From Chrysochromulina tobinii (taxonomy: Eukaryota), in contig JWZX01002689.1 of assembly GCA_001275005.1 (NCBI GenBank), positions 1-54,847 on the forward strand: a stretch of DNA of 54,847 nucleotides. Direction: 5' to 3'. Shown here in pieces: positions 42,020-53,971 of the stretch. Position 1 is the stretch's first letter, and every line of letters begins with the position of its first letter. Position numbers and translations under genes: made by a program. Below the pieces are notes generated by a model that saw only the letters and a program-made list of their open reading frames with translations, was not told the DNA's origin and did no database searches.

Positions 42020-45000
42020 CTAGACGCGCATCGCAGCCATGCGATCAAGCGCAGTACCAGAGTTAACTAATGTAGATTTCGCCGGCGTTTTGATTTGCGT
42101 GTCCTCCGCATGCACATGAGGGTTGAAGTCGAGGGGCGGGGAGAGTGACATGGAGACGGATCGTTCTGTCACCCCTCTCGTGAACGAAGCCGTCCGTGAT
42201 GTCACTCCAATAGATCGGACCAGGTAGTCGGTCGCTTGCCCAACGCCTTGGAGCACGCGGCTGGTGGTGGCTCGAGGCGAGGTCGAACTTTGATCTGGTG
42301 AGTCCCGGGTGAGCGCAGGGTCAAACTCATCAGTTGCTCCCGGTGAGGAGCGACCAATAGAAGGACCATATGACAAGTGATCGATCCTCTCCTCGCGCTG
42401 CAGCCAGCTAAAGATGTCGCTGCGTGTGTTCGTCCTCGCAAGCGCGATGCACACGAGACGTTCCCACTCTGCGACCCAGCAGTACCACCCACGATGCACG
42501 CGCGAAAGTCGCAAGTAGACCTCGCCGATGCGCGCACGCAGCACCAAGGGCGCGCGCTGTAAACGTGCCTGACGTTGAAGCACCCACGAGCGCCACGCGC
42601 GGTACATGGCTCGCTGCCGCCTCCATCGCTCAGCGCGATTCATGGACTCCTCGAACAGCTTGCCCTCGTAACACCTGTAGTACTTGGAGACCCACGTGGG
42701 CGGCTGCTGCCAAAAGTTGAAGGCCTCGGCGAGCAGCAGCAATGCGAAGCGGTGTGTGCATGCCCGCAGCCGCTGCCACATTAGGGAGCGTCGGCGCCAC
42801 TGGTCGGCACACAAGTTGAACGCGCGCCACGTCCTCACAAGTTGAGTGCCACGAGTAGAAACCCACGAGTTCAATGCGACCCACGAGTTGAACGCGCGCG
42901 ACATTTCGAGATTGCGGAGCTTGCGTGCAGTCCGGCTGAGCATCCGCTCAAGCGCCGCGCGGCGCATCTTGCTCTCCTTGCCTAGAGGAAGTTTGATGGG
43001 CAGCTGCTCCAAGGAGTGCGAAACTGACTCGGCCGCGTCGGCCACCGTCTCCGCGACTGTGTAGATGCCCCTCCACACTCCCATCAGCGCGCTCAAAGGC
43101 TTGCTCACCACCTTCTTGACGCGCGTGGCTCTGGCTGTAGGAATGTCGGTGGTGGTGGGGGGGAGGCTTGGGATGTGCAGGTTGTCACGCCACCAGTCGT
43201 CGGAGGTCGGGGCGCTGTTGAGAGGGTCCGATGCAGCGTGTGGTCTTGTCAGTTCGAGTTCCGCGCGCAACGGCCCCGACTCACGCTCGAGCCCGAACGT
43301 GGTGAAGCCGCCAACATAGCCCCCCCTGGAAGGAGCTGCGCGCACCGGCTCCAAGTCGGGCACGGGCACGATCGTGGTGAAGCCACCTATGTACCCCCCA
43401 CTGCCTCTTTGGGGGCTTGCCAGTCCTGGTTTCTTCTTCGACGGGCTCGGCGGGCTCAGGGCGGCCGGGTCATCGGTGGTGGGGAGGGGCAGGAGGCGAG
43501 GGGAGACTGCCGTCTGTGGGGAGACTGCCATCTGTGGGGAGACTGCCGTCTGTGGGGAGACTGCCGCCTCCTCGAGCACCGCTTCCGCTACCACCACCAC
43601 TACCCCTGGCTCGGAGTGAAGCGCTTGCGCCCGTTCTTCGGCTTCGCGCGCACGTGCCTCGGCGGCTGCGAGTTGACGGCGCATCGTAGCCTCGCGAGCG
43701 GACCAAGCTGAGGCTTTGGTGGACTGGCCGGCTTGCTCCACCACCTCCAAGAGCCTATCTACGGTCTTGTGGGCTGTGTGCAGCTCGGCAGTTAGCTCAC
43801 GCAAACGTGCCTCGCGCGACTCCCTGGCCGCCTCGGCCAGCATGGCCGCCGCCTCGGCCGCCTCGGCGGCTGCATCGGCCGCCGTCTGGGCCGCGAGCCA
43901 ATCTCGCGCTGCTGCGTCCGCCTCGGCCGCCGTCACGGCCGCTGTCTTGCTCGACTCCCGGACCGGCGCCTCGCTGCGCCTCGCGACGACCTCTCGGGCG
44001 CCGTCTCGGCCAAGTGCACCCGACCGAGAGAGGTCCTCTCGAATGCATGCACCCGGCCGAGAGAGGTCCTCTGGAATGCATGCACCCGGCCGAGAGAGGT
44101 CCTCTCGAATGCATGCACCCGGCCGAGAGAGGTCCTCTCGAATGCATGCACCCGGCCGAGAGAGGTCCTCTGGAATGCATTCGGGTATGGGTCCGCGTAT
44201 GTTGGACGCCTTGTACGCCGTAGCCACCATCGCACCCTCGGCCACCGCAGCTAGTACCTGAGCCATGTCGGCGTCTACGTCTGCCATGGCCTCTTCTGCA
44301 AGCTCGTCCGGCGTGGAGCTCTCCTCAACCTCAGAGGACCCCACGATTAATGCTAAGAGGGCGTCCACCCTCGCCGCGGCCGCGTCCGCCTCTGCCGCGT
44401 CTGCTTTCTCAGCCTCAGCCTTGGCATCATCAACAGCCAGCTGGGCCGCGGGAGGACTCATCCAATCAAGCGGTTGCCACCACTCCTTGGGAGCGGCCTG
44501 CACAGCCACCGCCTCCCCGTCTGCCGCCTTCTCGGCGGCTGCATTCTCGGCCGCCGCCCTCTCGAAAACCATCCAATCCAGCGGTTGCCACCACTCCTTG
44601 GGAGCGGCCTGCCCGGCCGCCGCCTCCTCTTCTGCCGCCTTGTCGGCCGCCGTCTTCTCGAAAACAATCCAATCAAGCGGTTGCCACCACTCTTTGGGCG
44701 GGGCTTGCCCGGCTGCCGCCTCACCGGCTGCCGCCTTCTTCTTCGCCGCCGCCTCTTCGGCCGCCGCCTTCTCGGCCGCCGCCTTCTCGGCGGCCGCCCT
44801 CTCGGCTGCCGCCCTCTCGGCCGCCGCCTTCTCGGCCTCCTGCCGGAAATGTTTAGCAAACTTGCGTATTGATACGGTGTTGGGCGTTTCGTAGCCGCTT
44901 GCGCCGCAAGGTGTGGGAATCGTCGGACGGTGCGCTCGAGGCGCCTCAAAATGCAGGGTCTTAGGCGCGGATATGATGTCGGTCCACAAGAGCACCATCT

Positions 45001-45241
45001 CATCGGCCGCCGGCTCCTTGCACGGCTCCTCGGATGATGTGGCAGAAGTGAGAGAAGAAGTCATGATGCGGATTCCCTCGGCCGATTCCTCTGCCAGCCG
45101 CTGCCTCATCTTCTGCTGGAGACGAAGGAACTTGCTGGCGCTGTCTTGAACCGTCTGGCTCGCTCGCAGTCTTCGAATGGCTACCATGATTTCTCGACGC
45201 GCATCCATTTCATCTGGCGCTACATGAACATGTAGCGGCAT
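42020..45241 (-). CDS. Large repetitive/coiled-coil protein with C-terminal Sfi1-like W motifs
   Basis: AEKAA repeats, KEWWQPLDW x3, CIREDLSRPGA x5, AVSPQ x3-4, coiled coil, then MSRAFNSW, LAEAFNFW, MYRAWRSW, VHRGWYCW. Confidence 0.7.
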   Translation of the reverse strand: MPLHVHVAPDEMDARREIMVAIRRLRASQTVQDSASKFLRLQQKMRQRLAEESAEGIRIMTSSLTSATSSEEPCKEPAADEMVLLWTDIISAPKTLHFEAPRAHRPTIPTPCGASGYETPNTVSIRKFAKHFRQEAEKAAAERAAAERAAAEKAAAEKAAAEEAAAKKKAAAGEAAAGQAPPKEWWQPLDWIVFEKTAADKAAEEEAAAGQAAPKEWWQPLDWMVFERAAAENAAAEKAADGEAVAVQAAPKEWWQPLDWMSPPAAQLAVDDAKAEAEKADAAEADAAAARVDALLALIVGSSEVEESSTPDELAEEAMADVDADMAQVLAAVAEGAMVATAYKASNIRGPIPECIPEDLSRPGACIREDLSRPGACIREDLSRPGACIPEDLSRPGACIREDLSRSGALGRDGAREVVARRSEAPVRESSKTAAVTAAEADAAARDWLAAQTAADAAAEAAEAAAMLAEAARESREARLRELTAELHTAHKTVDRLLEVVEQAGQSTKASAWSAREATMRRQLAAAEARAREAEERAQALHSEPGVVVVVAEAVLEEAAVSPQTAVSPQMAVSPQTAVSPRLLPLPTTDDPAALSPPSPSKKKPGLASPQRGSGGYIGGFTTIVPVPDLEPVRAAPSRGGYVGGFTTFGLERESGPLRAELELTRPHAASDPLNSAPTSDDWWRDNLHIPSLPPTTTDIPTARATRVKKVVSKPLSALMGVWRGIYTVAETVADAAESVSHSLEQLPIKLPLGKESKMRRAALERMLSRTARKLRNLEMSRAFNSWVALNSWVSTRGTQLVRTWRAFNLCADQWRRRSLMWQRLRACTHRFALLLLAEAFNFWQQPPTWVSKYYRCYEGKLFEESMNRAERWRRQRAMYRAWRSWVLQRQARLQRAPLVLRARIGEVYLRLSRVHRGWYCWVAEWERLVCIALARTNTRSDIFSWLQREERIDHLSYGPSIGRSSPGATDEFDPALTRDSPDQSSTSPRATTSRVLQGVGQATDYLVRSIGVTSRTASFTRGVTERSVSMSLSPPLDFNPHVHAEDTQIKTPAKSTLVNSGTALDRMAAMRV
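44015..44181. repeat. 33-nt coding minisatellite, 5 copies
   Basis: tgcatgcacccggccgagagaggtcctctcgaa repeated (CIREDLSRPGA). Confidence 0.92.
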
Positions 45242-45414
45242 CGGTGCCCGCCCAGGACATCGAAACTTGACAAATTAGGCGTGTATGCCCTTCATTTTGG
45301 TATGCATGTAGTTGAGCCCCTCCCTGCCGCTGGCCTCGTTGGCTCTGCGACACCGACAGCGAAACGTAAACACTATACACCCCCAGGACCACAGGTCCCG
45401 CACCGCCCGCACCG

Positions 45415-47325
45415 TTATGTGTGAAAGCAGCGGCCAGCGCCGTGACCAGTGTAGAGCAGCTCCCCCCAAAGAGCAGCGCACTTTTGTAACGCGGTGAGAA
45501 CACCACACAGAACATCAATGACGTGTGACGACAACGGCTCTACTCTTTTTGGAAAGATCAGTGATATGTCGGGACAGGCAGCAAGGGCGGTAAGGCTCTG
45601 TGCAACTTGATGCTCGTAGACTTCGACCTTGTAACTGTCCCCGGAAGTGTTGTACTCGATGTGCATCTCGGGCGTGCTGAAATAGGCCAAAGGCTTGCCG
45701 TTCATTAAGCTGGACTTCTTCAGGGCTTGGAACGTGCGTTCGACTTGGGGGGTGCGTTCGATCTCAGGCTTGGCGACTACTGCCTGGAAGGTGGAGCTCG
45801 ACGGTTTCCCAGCTGCCGGCGGAGGCACCTCAGCCTGAACCTTGGCGCACTTAGACAAGGTCTCGTTGCTCAGCCGATCGCTCTTGTGCGCCTACAAGCT
45901 CTTCCTGTCGGGAAAGCGAGCACCGCAACGGTCGCAATGCGAGACGCGATGCACACTTGCAGCAGCTGTCCCACCATCAACGGTCCGGACACTTGCGCTG
46001 TTCGGACGACTAGTGTCGTCACTACGTGGCCCGTCCTTGGCTAGCGCGGCTGTCGATGGGCGTTGTCGCGGGGGCGTCGTCTTGGAGCCGTTGGCGCTGC
46101 TCGAGGTTGTTGGGGTGCTGGGTGTGCCTCTTGTGCTGTATGGATCAGATACGCTCAGTAAGCTGCTCTTCGTTGCAGGCATTGCCGTGGGGACCCTGTA
46201 GATCTGAGCCTCCGAGTCGGGTGAGACGAGCATGTTGCAAATGCCATTGCCATAGCGACCGAAGTCGACAGAGACTCGGCGGTGCTTGTCAGGCACGTCC
46301 ACAGTGCAGGCCCCGATAACCGTGCCGATGTCGCCTTTCACGATGGTCACCGGGTTCTGAAGATATGTGATACGCGAGCCCACTGTATCACCCTTGGCGA
46401 AACCACCGAGAAGCTGAACGTCATGCTGTGCCTGGCGTCGATCCTCCTCAAGCCTTCTCTGGCGTCGCTCCTCCTCATGCCTTCGACTCGCATCCTCTTC
46501 GCGCCGGCGGTCCGCACGTCGTTGCACCTCCTCTTTGCGCTCGAGCTCTTCCCGGGCATGTCGTGCTTCGTCTTGGCGTCTGCGATCTTCTGCCCTCCGC
46601 GCTGCTTCCTCTTCGCGGCGTCGCTCCTCCTCGCGCTGGCGCTGAAGAGTTGCGCTGTGCTCTTTCTCCCGTGCAGCCATCGCGCGCTCTGCTGCACCCA
46701 GGCGCTGGGCAGCTTCGATGGCCTTGCGAGCTTCGAGGGCTCGATGAGCCGAATCGATCTGTTTGGTAGCTTCTTGATCCTGGCTAGCCTTACTGCGCTT
46801 GGAGTCGGCTTCTGCCTTCACCATGGAGCCTGCGCTGCTGCCCACTACACATTTGACTGTCGTGGAATCCTCGGCGTCAGCTTCCGCCCTCATGCGCTCA
46901 ATCGTGCGTCGTCCGTACCACTCTTGCCCTTCACTACAGATGTCATGACTGGCTTTGACGAGCTGGGATGCCATCCGCACTTGACGCTTTGCGGCTGTTT
47001 GTGGTACGCTGCTGCTGATCGACCTCTTCTCGACATCCTTCGCGGCATCTTGCTCGAGGAGATTCATCACCACCTTCAACGTGTTGAGGTCATCGTCAGT
47101 CGCATTGCCGACATTCAGCTTGGACATGAGCCGCGCGTTTAGGGCGATTAGCGTCTCACGATCCGCCATGCGCACGCAAAGTGATGGCGAGCGCACCAAC
47201 ACACTGCGCTCGAGGAGACCCATCACCGCCTTCAACGTCTTGAGGTCATCATCAGTCGCGTTGCTAGCCATCAGCTTCGACATGAGCTGCGCGTTTAGGG
47301 CGAGGAGCATCTCACGATCCGCCAT
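45415..47325 (-). CDS. Hypothetical protein with duplicated ~40-aa N-terminal helical unit, charged helix and SH3-like barrel; in-frame TAG at 45892-45894 probably removed by a short intron
   Basis: MADRE.L.ALNA.LMSKL...NATDDDL.TLK.VM.LLE occurs twice; ER-rich helix; GGFAKGDTV...IVKGDIGTVIG...RVSVDFG. ORF 45415..45858 continues in the same frame after the TAG. Confidence 0.55.
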
Positions 47326-47808
47326 GTGCGTGTGCGAAGTCGAGCACCCATCCACTCCAACGCGCACGCGCGCGCGCAAAGTTGACGATTCCCGGTTCCA
47401 AAATATCGACCTCTTCACAGACAGTACAAACGCAGACTTTCAGACTTTAAGTACGGTTTTACCCAAAGGGGTCCAGGGGAGGGATTGATATCTGGATTTA
47501 CACACAATCCTCATAGCCTGATTTCAAACTCGCCTGAGTGACGCCAAGTGGCAGAGTACACGTCACGCGAGGGTGATACCCAGGCATACAGGGCGTGTAC
47601 GGTGTTCAGCAGTGTGTCGAGTGTCCCGCTGGAATGCCGATGACGAAGTCATCAGTCAACGCTCGCCCGCGGCACCCCCTATTCTCACTTTTCAGGTGAT
47701 CTCTGAGGGCGGTAGGTCACTGCTCACTCTAGACTCTTGTTGGCGTTCGGTTCTACCCAGACGAGAGACCTTTTAACGGACACTTCATGTAGTACGCACA
47801 ATCAAATA

Positions 47809-50043
47809 TTACTCCTTGAACAAGATCCGTTCCATGGCGAGCGCCGAGCGGCCCACGCAATAGTAGTCCTGCCGGCGGCCGGCGACGACAAAGCCCATCG
47901 CGAGGTAGAGAGCTTTGGCGGGCTCGTTGGTCTCGTCCACGTGGAGCGTGCAGCACTGCGCGCGCGCCTTACTTGCCATTTCGAGGGCGTGGGCCATCAG
48001 AGCGCGCCCCACGCCGGAGCGCCGTGCGTTCGGCGCGACGACCAGCTTGGTGATGGCGAGGGTGAGGGAGGAGCGCTGGAGCACTGCGTACCCGACGCAC
48101 GTGGTCGGCGCGTCGAGGGGCGCCGCACAGAGGAGCGTGACACCGCGGCCTCGCACCTCTTTGGCTACGTCCATCGCCTCATGCTTCGCAAACGCGCGCC
48201 GCTCGATGGCCGAGCACAGCCCGACCCAATTCTCATCCGCGCGGGCGGCGATCGAGACGCGCGCCGCCGCCGCCGTCGCGCGCGCATCGACGGTGAGGCC
48301 GCCTGATGCTGGCTCAGGCGCCCGTGTCGCCTCGGCGGGTGCGCGCTGTGGCGGCGGGTCCGGTGGCGGCGGCGGGGCCGGTGGCGGCGGGGCCGGTGGC
48401 GGCGGCGGGTCCGGTGGCGGCGGGGCCGGTGGCGGCGAGGCGCGCGGAGCAGCAGGCGGAGGAAGCTCCTCCGCAGCTGGGGCTGCCAGCGGGGCCGATG
48501 GCACGTCTGCCTGCGCGGTGCTGAAAGTCGGCCCTGGAGGCGAGGGTGGTGCAGATACCGCGGCATCACTGGTGAACACAGCAGCATCACAGGCTGTGCC
48601 ATCCGCCTCACATGCGCGGGGATCACCCGCGCCCTGCGCCTCGCACGCACAGCCGCCCAGCGCCGCCCCGCACGCCTCCGCCCCGACCGTGGGCTCACCC
48701 GAGTCGCCCTTGCAGCAGCGCCCAAGTGTGACGGCGCGCACCTCGTCGGTAGCGTAATTCGCGTACGAGCCACCCGCCTTTGCATAGTTATCCATCGGGT
48801 ACGTTGGCAGCCAGTCGCGCACCCCCAGGGCGATCTCCGCCTCGTACGGCGTGAGCAGCGGCGCCGCGAACGCGTGCCCCCAGTCAATGGAGAGTCGCGG
48901 GCATGCGACCTGGATCCATGCTTCCACATGCTCGATCGCTGCGAGCTTCGCCGGGAAAATCTCCGAGAGGAGTAGCGTGACCTGGGTGCATCCCTTTCGC
49001 GCGAGGAGCGCCTGAAGGTGCTGGAGCACGTCGGGGTTGCCCTGCCGGCCGAGCGTGCCGAGTACCAAGCCCCAGCGTGTCGCGCCGCGCGCCGTCGCGA
49101 TCGCCGCCTGCCTGAGCGCATGCATCCGTCCATGCTCGTATCGCTCGCGCGTGATGGCCTTTGAGTAAGGGTCATACCGGTAGAGCGGCACGTGCGGGTT
49201 CTGGATCATGACCGACTCAGGGTGGAAGCGACCATCGGCCACGAAGACGCACGCGTCGAACCCGTCGAGCTGCGGCGACGTGCATCCCAGCACCTCGCCC
49301 GCTGAGAGGGGTCGGCACTGCGGCAACTCCACCGTGGCGAAGCGAGCGCTGAGCGCGGCGCGCGCGGCGTGGAGCGCGCCCGCAAACTGGATGGTACCAC
49401 ACAGGGCGAGGCGCTGCTCCGGTGCAAAGTTGAGCGCCACCGTGTCCACCAGGTGCGGTGTGTCAATCGAGATCTCGACGAAGACGTAGAGCACGTCGGT
49501 CGCCATGCGATCGATGGGCACGAGGCATGAGTGGCCATAGTGCACGAGCAGCAGGCAGCCGAGCGCGGCGGCGCTCAGGTCGTCGACGCAGCACGCGCCG
49601 TACGTCACGTCGCCCATGATCACGCATTCGACTGCCGCGAAGCGCTCGAGGATGTCAGCGATCGCGCACGCGTACAGCAACAGGCCCTCGGGCATCTGCA
49701 GCGCCACAAGCGGCGGCTCTGACGGCGACAGCTGCTCGGCCGGCCGCTGCGCGATCATCTGCTTGAGGCGCCAGATGGTCTTTGGGATCTCAAAGTTATA
49801 ATTCGGCGGCAGCGCGCCCAGCGCGACGAGCAACTCTGGGTCCTCTGTGATGGCTGCCGGGATCTGCGAGACAAATCGGCGCCGCGGCGGCCGGGCCTTG
49901 GTCACCTTGGGCCCGGCAACGAGCGCCGTCGAGGGGTCAGCTGTGGAAGGCGCCGCGGGGGACTTCGCCGCCCCGAGTCCGCCGAAGCGTGGCCGCGGCG
50001 GCGGCGGCGAGTGAATACCCGGGTCGGAAGGCACGGTTGCCAT
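47809..50043 (-). CDS. DPH1: Diphthamide biosynthesis protein DPH1 fused to a C-terminal RimI-like GNAT acetyltransferase
   Basis: [81 protein letters not shown]-terminal [16 protein letters not shown]...[14 protein letters not shown]...GF...RRQDYY. Confidence 0.92.
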   Translation of the reverse strand: MATVPSDPGIHSPPPPRPRFGGLGAAKSPAAPSTADPSTALVAGPKVTKARPPRRRFVSQIPAAITEDPELLVALGALPPNYNFEIPKTIWRLKQMIAQRPAEQLSPSEPPLVALQMPEGLLLYACAIADILERFAAVECVIMGDVTYGACCVDDLSAAALGCLLLVHYGHSCLVPIDRMATDVLYVFVEISIDTPHLVDTVALNFAPEQRLALCGTIQFAGALHAARAALSARFATVELPQCRPLSAGEVLGCTSPQLDGFDACVFVADGRFHPESVMIQNPHVPLYRYDPYSKAITRERYEHGRMHALRQAAIATARGATRWGLVLGTLGRQGNPDVLQHLQALLARKGCTQVTLLLSEIFPAKLAAIEHVEAWIQVACPRLSIDWGHAFAAPLLTPYEAEIALGVRDWLPTYPMDNYAKAGGSYANYATDEVRAVTLGRCCKGDSGEPTVGAEACGAALGGCACEAQGAGDPRACEADGTACDAAVFTSDAAVSAPPSPPGPTFSTAQADVPSAPLAAPAAEELPPPAAPRASPPPAPPPPDPPPPPAPPPPAPPPPPDPPPQRAPAEATRAPEPASGGLTVDARATAAAARVSIAARADENWVGLCSAIERRAFAKHEAMDVAKEVRGRGVTLLCAAPLDAPTTCVGYAVLQRSSLTLAITKLVVAPNARRSGVGRALMAHALEMASKARAQCCTLHVDETNEPAKALYLAMGFVVAGRRQDYYCVGRSALAMERILFKE

Positions 50044-50325
50044 GTGGTACGACGTCGCTCTCGCAAGTGAGGTGTGAAATGAGAGACTTCGGCGTCTCGT
50101 CCTTGCTAGGCCGGAGCAACTTTGAGAATGCATCAGTCCCTGAGAATCACCATCCTACTCCGCGTCACTATTGTCGCTGAGCGTGCTGAGCCTCGGTGAG
50201 TTTTGTGTATATCGTGTGATGAGTCCCGTCATCAAGGAAGGCCGCAAGAGAGCTCCTCAAACAAGCCCTGGTGCGACACCAACCGTTGCCTGACCGTCCA
50301 GCTGGCCGGCGCTCGAGCGCGCAAC

Positions 50326-50856
50326 ATGATCAGCAGCTTCACAACCGGCAGCGCTGCCGCACCCAGGAGACCTGACCTCTCCAAGACGCACGCGGCGCGC
50401 GTGCAGGAGGCCTACTCGTCCAAGACTCTTTGCACGCGGCCGCGTGTCCCGATGGGCTTGGACATCGATGAGATGATGCCGGCTACAGCTGATCAAGCTC
50501 AGAGGCTGAAAGACGCCGATTTGGGGAAGGCCGTTACGAGACTCGAAATGCAGCTGGTCGAGGTCCTGTACTCGAGAACAACTGCGCACTTCGGTGAGCA
50601 CCGCGTGTTGAAGAGCGCCTTCAACAAGTTTGATACGGACAATTCAGGCGCGATCGACTTCAATGAGTTTAAGCACGCCCTCGAGTACATCGGCCTACAC
50701 ACGCAGGAGTCGGGCCTTCCCGGCAACGGGGGCATGCCGGAAGTTGTCCTTGAGGCCTTGTTCCGTAAGTACGACCAGGATGGCTCGGGCCAACTGGAGT
50801 ACATGGAGTTTGTCAATGCTCTGCTGGCGAACAAGGATGTTGGCCAGCTGGGTTGA
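50326..50856 (+). CDS. Small EF-hand calcium-binding protein (two EF-hands)
   Basis: DTDNSGAIDFNE and DQDGSGQLEYME canonical loops. Confidence 0.85.
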   Translation: MISSFTTGSAAAPRRPDLSKTHAARVQEAYSSKTLCTRPRVPMGLDIDEMMPATADQAQRLKDADLGKAVTRLEMQLVEVLYSRTTAHFGEHRVLKSAFNKFDTDNSGAIDFNEFKHALEYIGLHTQESGLPGNGGMPEVVLEALFRKYDQDGSGQLEYMEFVNALLANKDVGQLG

Positions 50857-51360
50857 GAGCAGGTGCACTTGTTTGGGGACCTGATGCAGCAGCAGGAGGA
50901 AAAGCCAGGAGCTCACCTTGTCTTCCGAGATGAAGAATCGTGCAGCAGCAGCTGCGCACGTCAGCACCGTTGCACGTCACCGCTGCGCCATACGGCGATA
51001 CGGATTCGGATACCGTGTTCCAGGCGGATGGTCGGATAGTTCCGTATCTCACTGGTCGTTCAATCTAAGGTCTGAAACCGCAACGCAGCACACGCTAGAC
51101 CAGAAACTAGGTCCCCAATGATCCTATCTCATTCCCAAAAATGCCAAACCAGCCAAATGGGGTCCGTGCCGGGTGCGGGTCGCCGACGTTGCACCTGGCA
51201 GTGGCACCTCCTCATTCTCATGTCGCTGTGAGGGACACTAGGGCTCGCATACCGCACCGATTTCGTGTCAGAGTCGGGCACCTGCATGCCAGCGCTCGCA
51301 CGTTGTCAGAGAAAACGACGAAATCCTTAGTTTCGTTAGTTTGAGTTTAGTTTGAGTTTG

Positions 51361-52203
51361 ATGGCGCCGACCGCCACACGTGGCGGCGTCGCGGCGCGTG
51401 GAGCGGGAGCGAAGCCAGTCCTCGCCACGAAGCCCGCTGCCTCATCGAAAAAGGCCGAGAAGGCGAAGTCCAAGGGACAGGTGGACAACCGCATGCTGTA
51501 CTACGCCGGCGGCGCAGCAGGCGCCGTGGTTGCCATTATTGTCGGCAGCGCGCACCTGCTGAAGCGAGCGCGCCGCGCGGAGCGCCGCCGCTTGGCGGCC
51601 ATGTCTGAGGAGGAGCGCGCCGAAGAGGAGGCGCGCATTGCCGCCGCGCGCTGGGTCGTGAGCGAAGGCACGATGCTGCTCATCGCCATAGGGCTGCTGC
51701 TGCTCTGCGTCGGTGGTGTCATCGCCTACTTCTTTGGGACGCGCATCCGGGCAAAGTACGTGGCGATGCATGAGGCGATGCGCGAGCGTGCTGGTCGTGC
51801 GGCCGCGGCCGAGGCCAAGGCGGCCGCCGCTGTCCAGAACCGCGAGCAGCGCCTCGCTGCACGGGCGGTGCGCGCGAAGCGACTCGCCGAGGAGCGGATG
51901 AAGCAGCAGGCATTCGAGGCTGAGCTGCTCGCGGAGATTGCGCGATTCAAGGCATCCGACCAGCAGGCGGCGGCCGAGGAGGCGGCCGTCAGGCTCGCCG
52001 AGTACCAGGAGGCCTGCCGCGAGGCCGAGCGCATCAAGGAGGAGCAACGACGACCGAGCTCGGGAGCCGTCTGTGGCGGAGGCGGGCTCGATGATGAGGA
52101 TGATTGGGACATAGGCGAGTGGGAGCAGACCGAGTGGGCCGACGATGGTGGCGACGATGGTGGCGACAGCGGCCACGCCGGGGAGCCCGGAGAGGAGGAG
52201 AAT

Positions 52204-52249
<46 letters not shown>

Positions 52250-53274
52250 GAGCAGCGCACTTGCCTGCAGCTGAGCGCATGGAACTTGCCGATGGGCCCG
52301 CCCGCGGCACGCGCATCAGCCTCGAGAATCTGAAATTGCCCGAGGCGGTGACGCTGCGCGCGGAGTCCGTGTGGCTGCAGCTCGCGTGCACGCGCTGTGC
52401 CGAGCCGACAGAGCTCATCCTCTCGGGTCTGGTCGCCTCCGAGGCCGAGCGCAAGGCATGGTGCGACAAGTGCGCGTGCATGCTCTCGGCGGCGTTCCGG
52501 CCTGCACTGCTGCATGGGAGCAGTGGGCTTGTCGGGCACGTGGATGCGCTCAACTGCACGGTCGCCGACGTGCCACGTGTCACGGTACTCGCCACCTGCG
52601 GCCGTTGCTATGCCGAGCTGCCTCCTCTCGAGCTGCAACGTGGGCGGCGCGTCCAGTCGGGCTGCCGCCAGTGCTCCGCTCCGATGCAGGTACAGATGAG
52701 TAACGTCAAGGTTGACCGGCTCGCGGGTGGCGGCACGGCCAGCGGTGCCAAGCCGAGCGGCGACGACGACGAGGACGAGCTCGAAAGCTTGCTCAAGAAG
52801 CTGCGAAAGAAGAATGCCGATCAACTCAAGACTCTAGGCATCACCGTTGGGAAGCCCCTACCTAATAAGGGCGCGTGCTCGCACTTCAAGCACTCGTTCC
52901 GCTGGCTGCGCTTCCCTTGCTGCGGGCGTGCATACCCGTGTGCCATGTGCCACGCCGCCTCCGACTGCCCCGCGGCAGAGCTCGGTGCGTGGGCGAATCG
53001 CATGCTGTGTGGCAAATGCTCGCGCGAGATGCCCTACTCCGACCAGCCATGCTCCTTCTGTGGCAATACCTTCCACGGCCCCGGGGGCGCGCACTGGCAG
53101 GGCGGTGATGGCTGCCGTGACCAGCGGCGGCTGAGTACCAAGGACTCGCGCAAGCACAAGGGCGTCTCCGTCGACGGCGTGAAGAAGAGCTCTTCTGCTA
53201 AGAAGCATCGCGTCGGCGTCCTCGGGAAAGTCAACTCGGCGGCGAAAAGTGCGGCACATGCACGTGTGGGTTAG
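51361..53274 (+). CDS. Membrane-anchored CHY zinc-finger protein
   Basis: Two N-terminal TM segments, coiled coil, acidic tract, multiple CxxC pairs. GACSHFKHSFRWLRFPCCGRAYPCAMCH...ANRMLCGKCSRE...CSFCG and WQGGDGCRD...LSTKDSRK are typical of a conserved eukaryotic CHY family. Confidence 0.82.
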
Positions 53275-53481
53275 GGGGGCTGGGGGTGGTGTGGCAAAGG
53301 CCCTCCGGCCCGGGGGTGGTGGGATAGTCGCGCGCCAACGGACGTACGAGAGGCCTCTGCCCGCAAAGGCATGGCCCACTAGGTGACTTCGGCAGGTGTT
53401 AAGGGAGAGTCCACAGTGTACGCGGGGTAGATTATGGTTATCATGAGCTCACACTATCCCCTAAGGGCACGCTGGCGTGCC

Positions 53482-53834
53482 TCATGAGACGGGAGTCTCC
53501 TCAGGCGGCGGCGCATCTGACTCGGTCGGCGGTGCATCCGCCTCAGGCTGAGGCGCACCTGCTGCGGGCGCCGCATCTGCCACCTCCCCATCTGCAACCT
53601 GCGAGCGAGGATATGGGCACGGTCATGAGGGCTGAACGCGATATCCAGAAGCGCGAGTGGCCGGGCGACTCGTGGCACCTCAGCGAATTGCGCAAGGTAC
53701 ATGGAGATCACGCGAAATGGATCGGTGGACTCCTGCTTGATGGCTTGGTTAACGGCCTCGGAGAGCTTCTCCTCGATGCCGTACTTTGTGATGTAGTCGC
53801 GCACCTTCTGGATGGAAGACACCGTGTCCGCCAT
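53482..53834 (-). CDS. 90-aa protein with RIIa/Dpy-30-like dimerisation-docking domain and acidic tail; intron 53599-53678
   Basis: VRDYITKYGIEEKLSEAVNQAIKQESTDPFRVISMYL. An 80-nt intron (GAG|GTGCCA...CTCGCAG|GTT) gives VADGEVADAAPAAG...EETPVS-stop. Confidence 0.7.
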
Positions 53835-53971
53835 GAGTGTCCTGGGCACCCAGCCCTCCTTCCCGACGGCCGTGTGCAAAACGAGAAGGCTTTTTCGATG
53901 TGCCGGTAAAGTACCGGTAGGAACTTGTAGATACCGAGACAGCGTTTTCGAGAGGACGAGTCACCCCAAAC

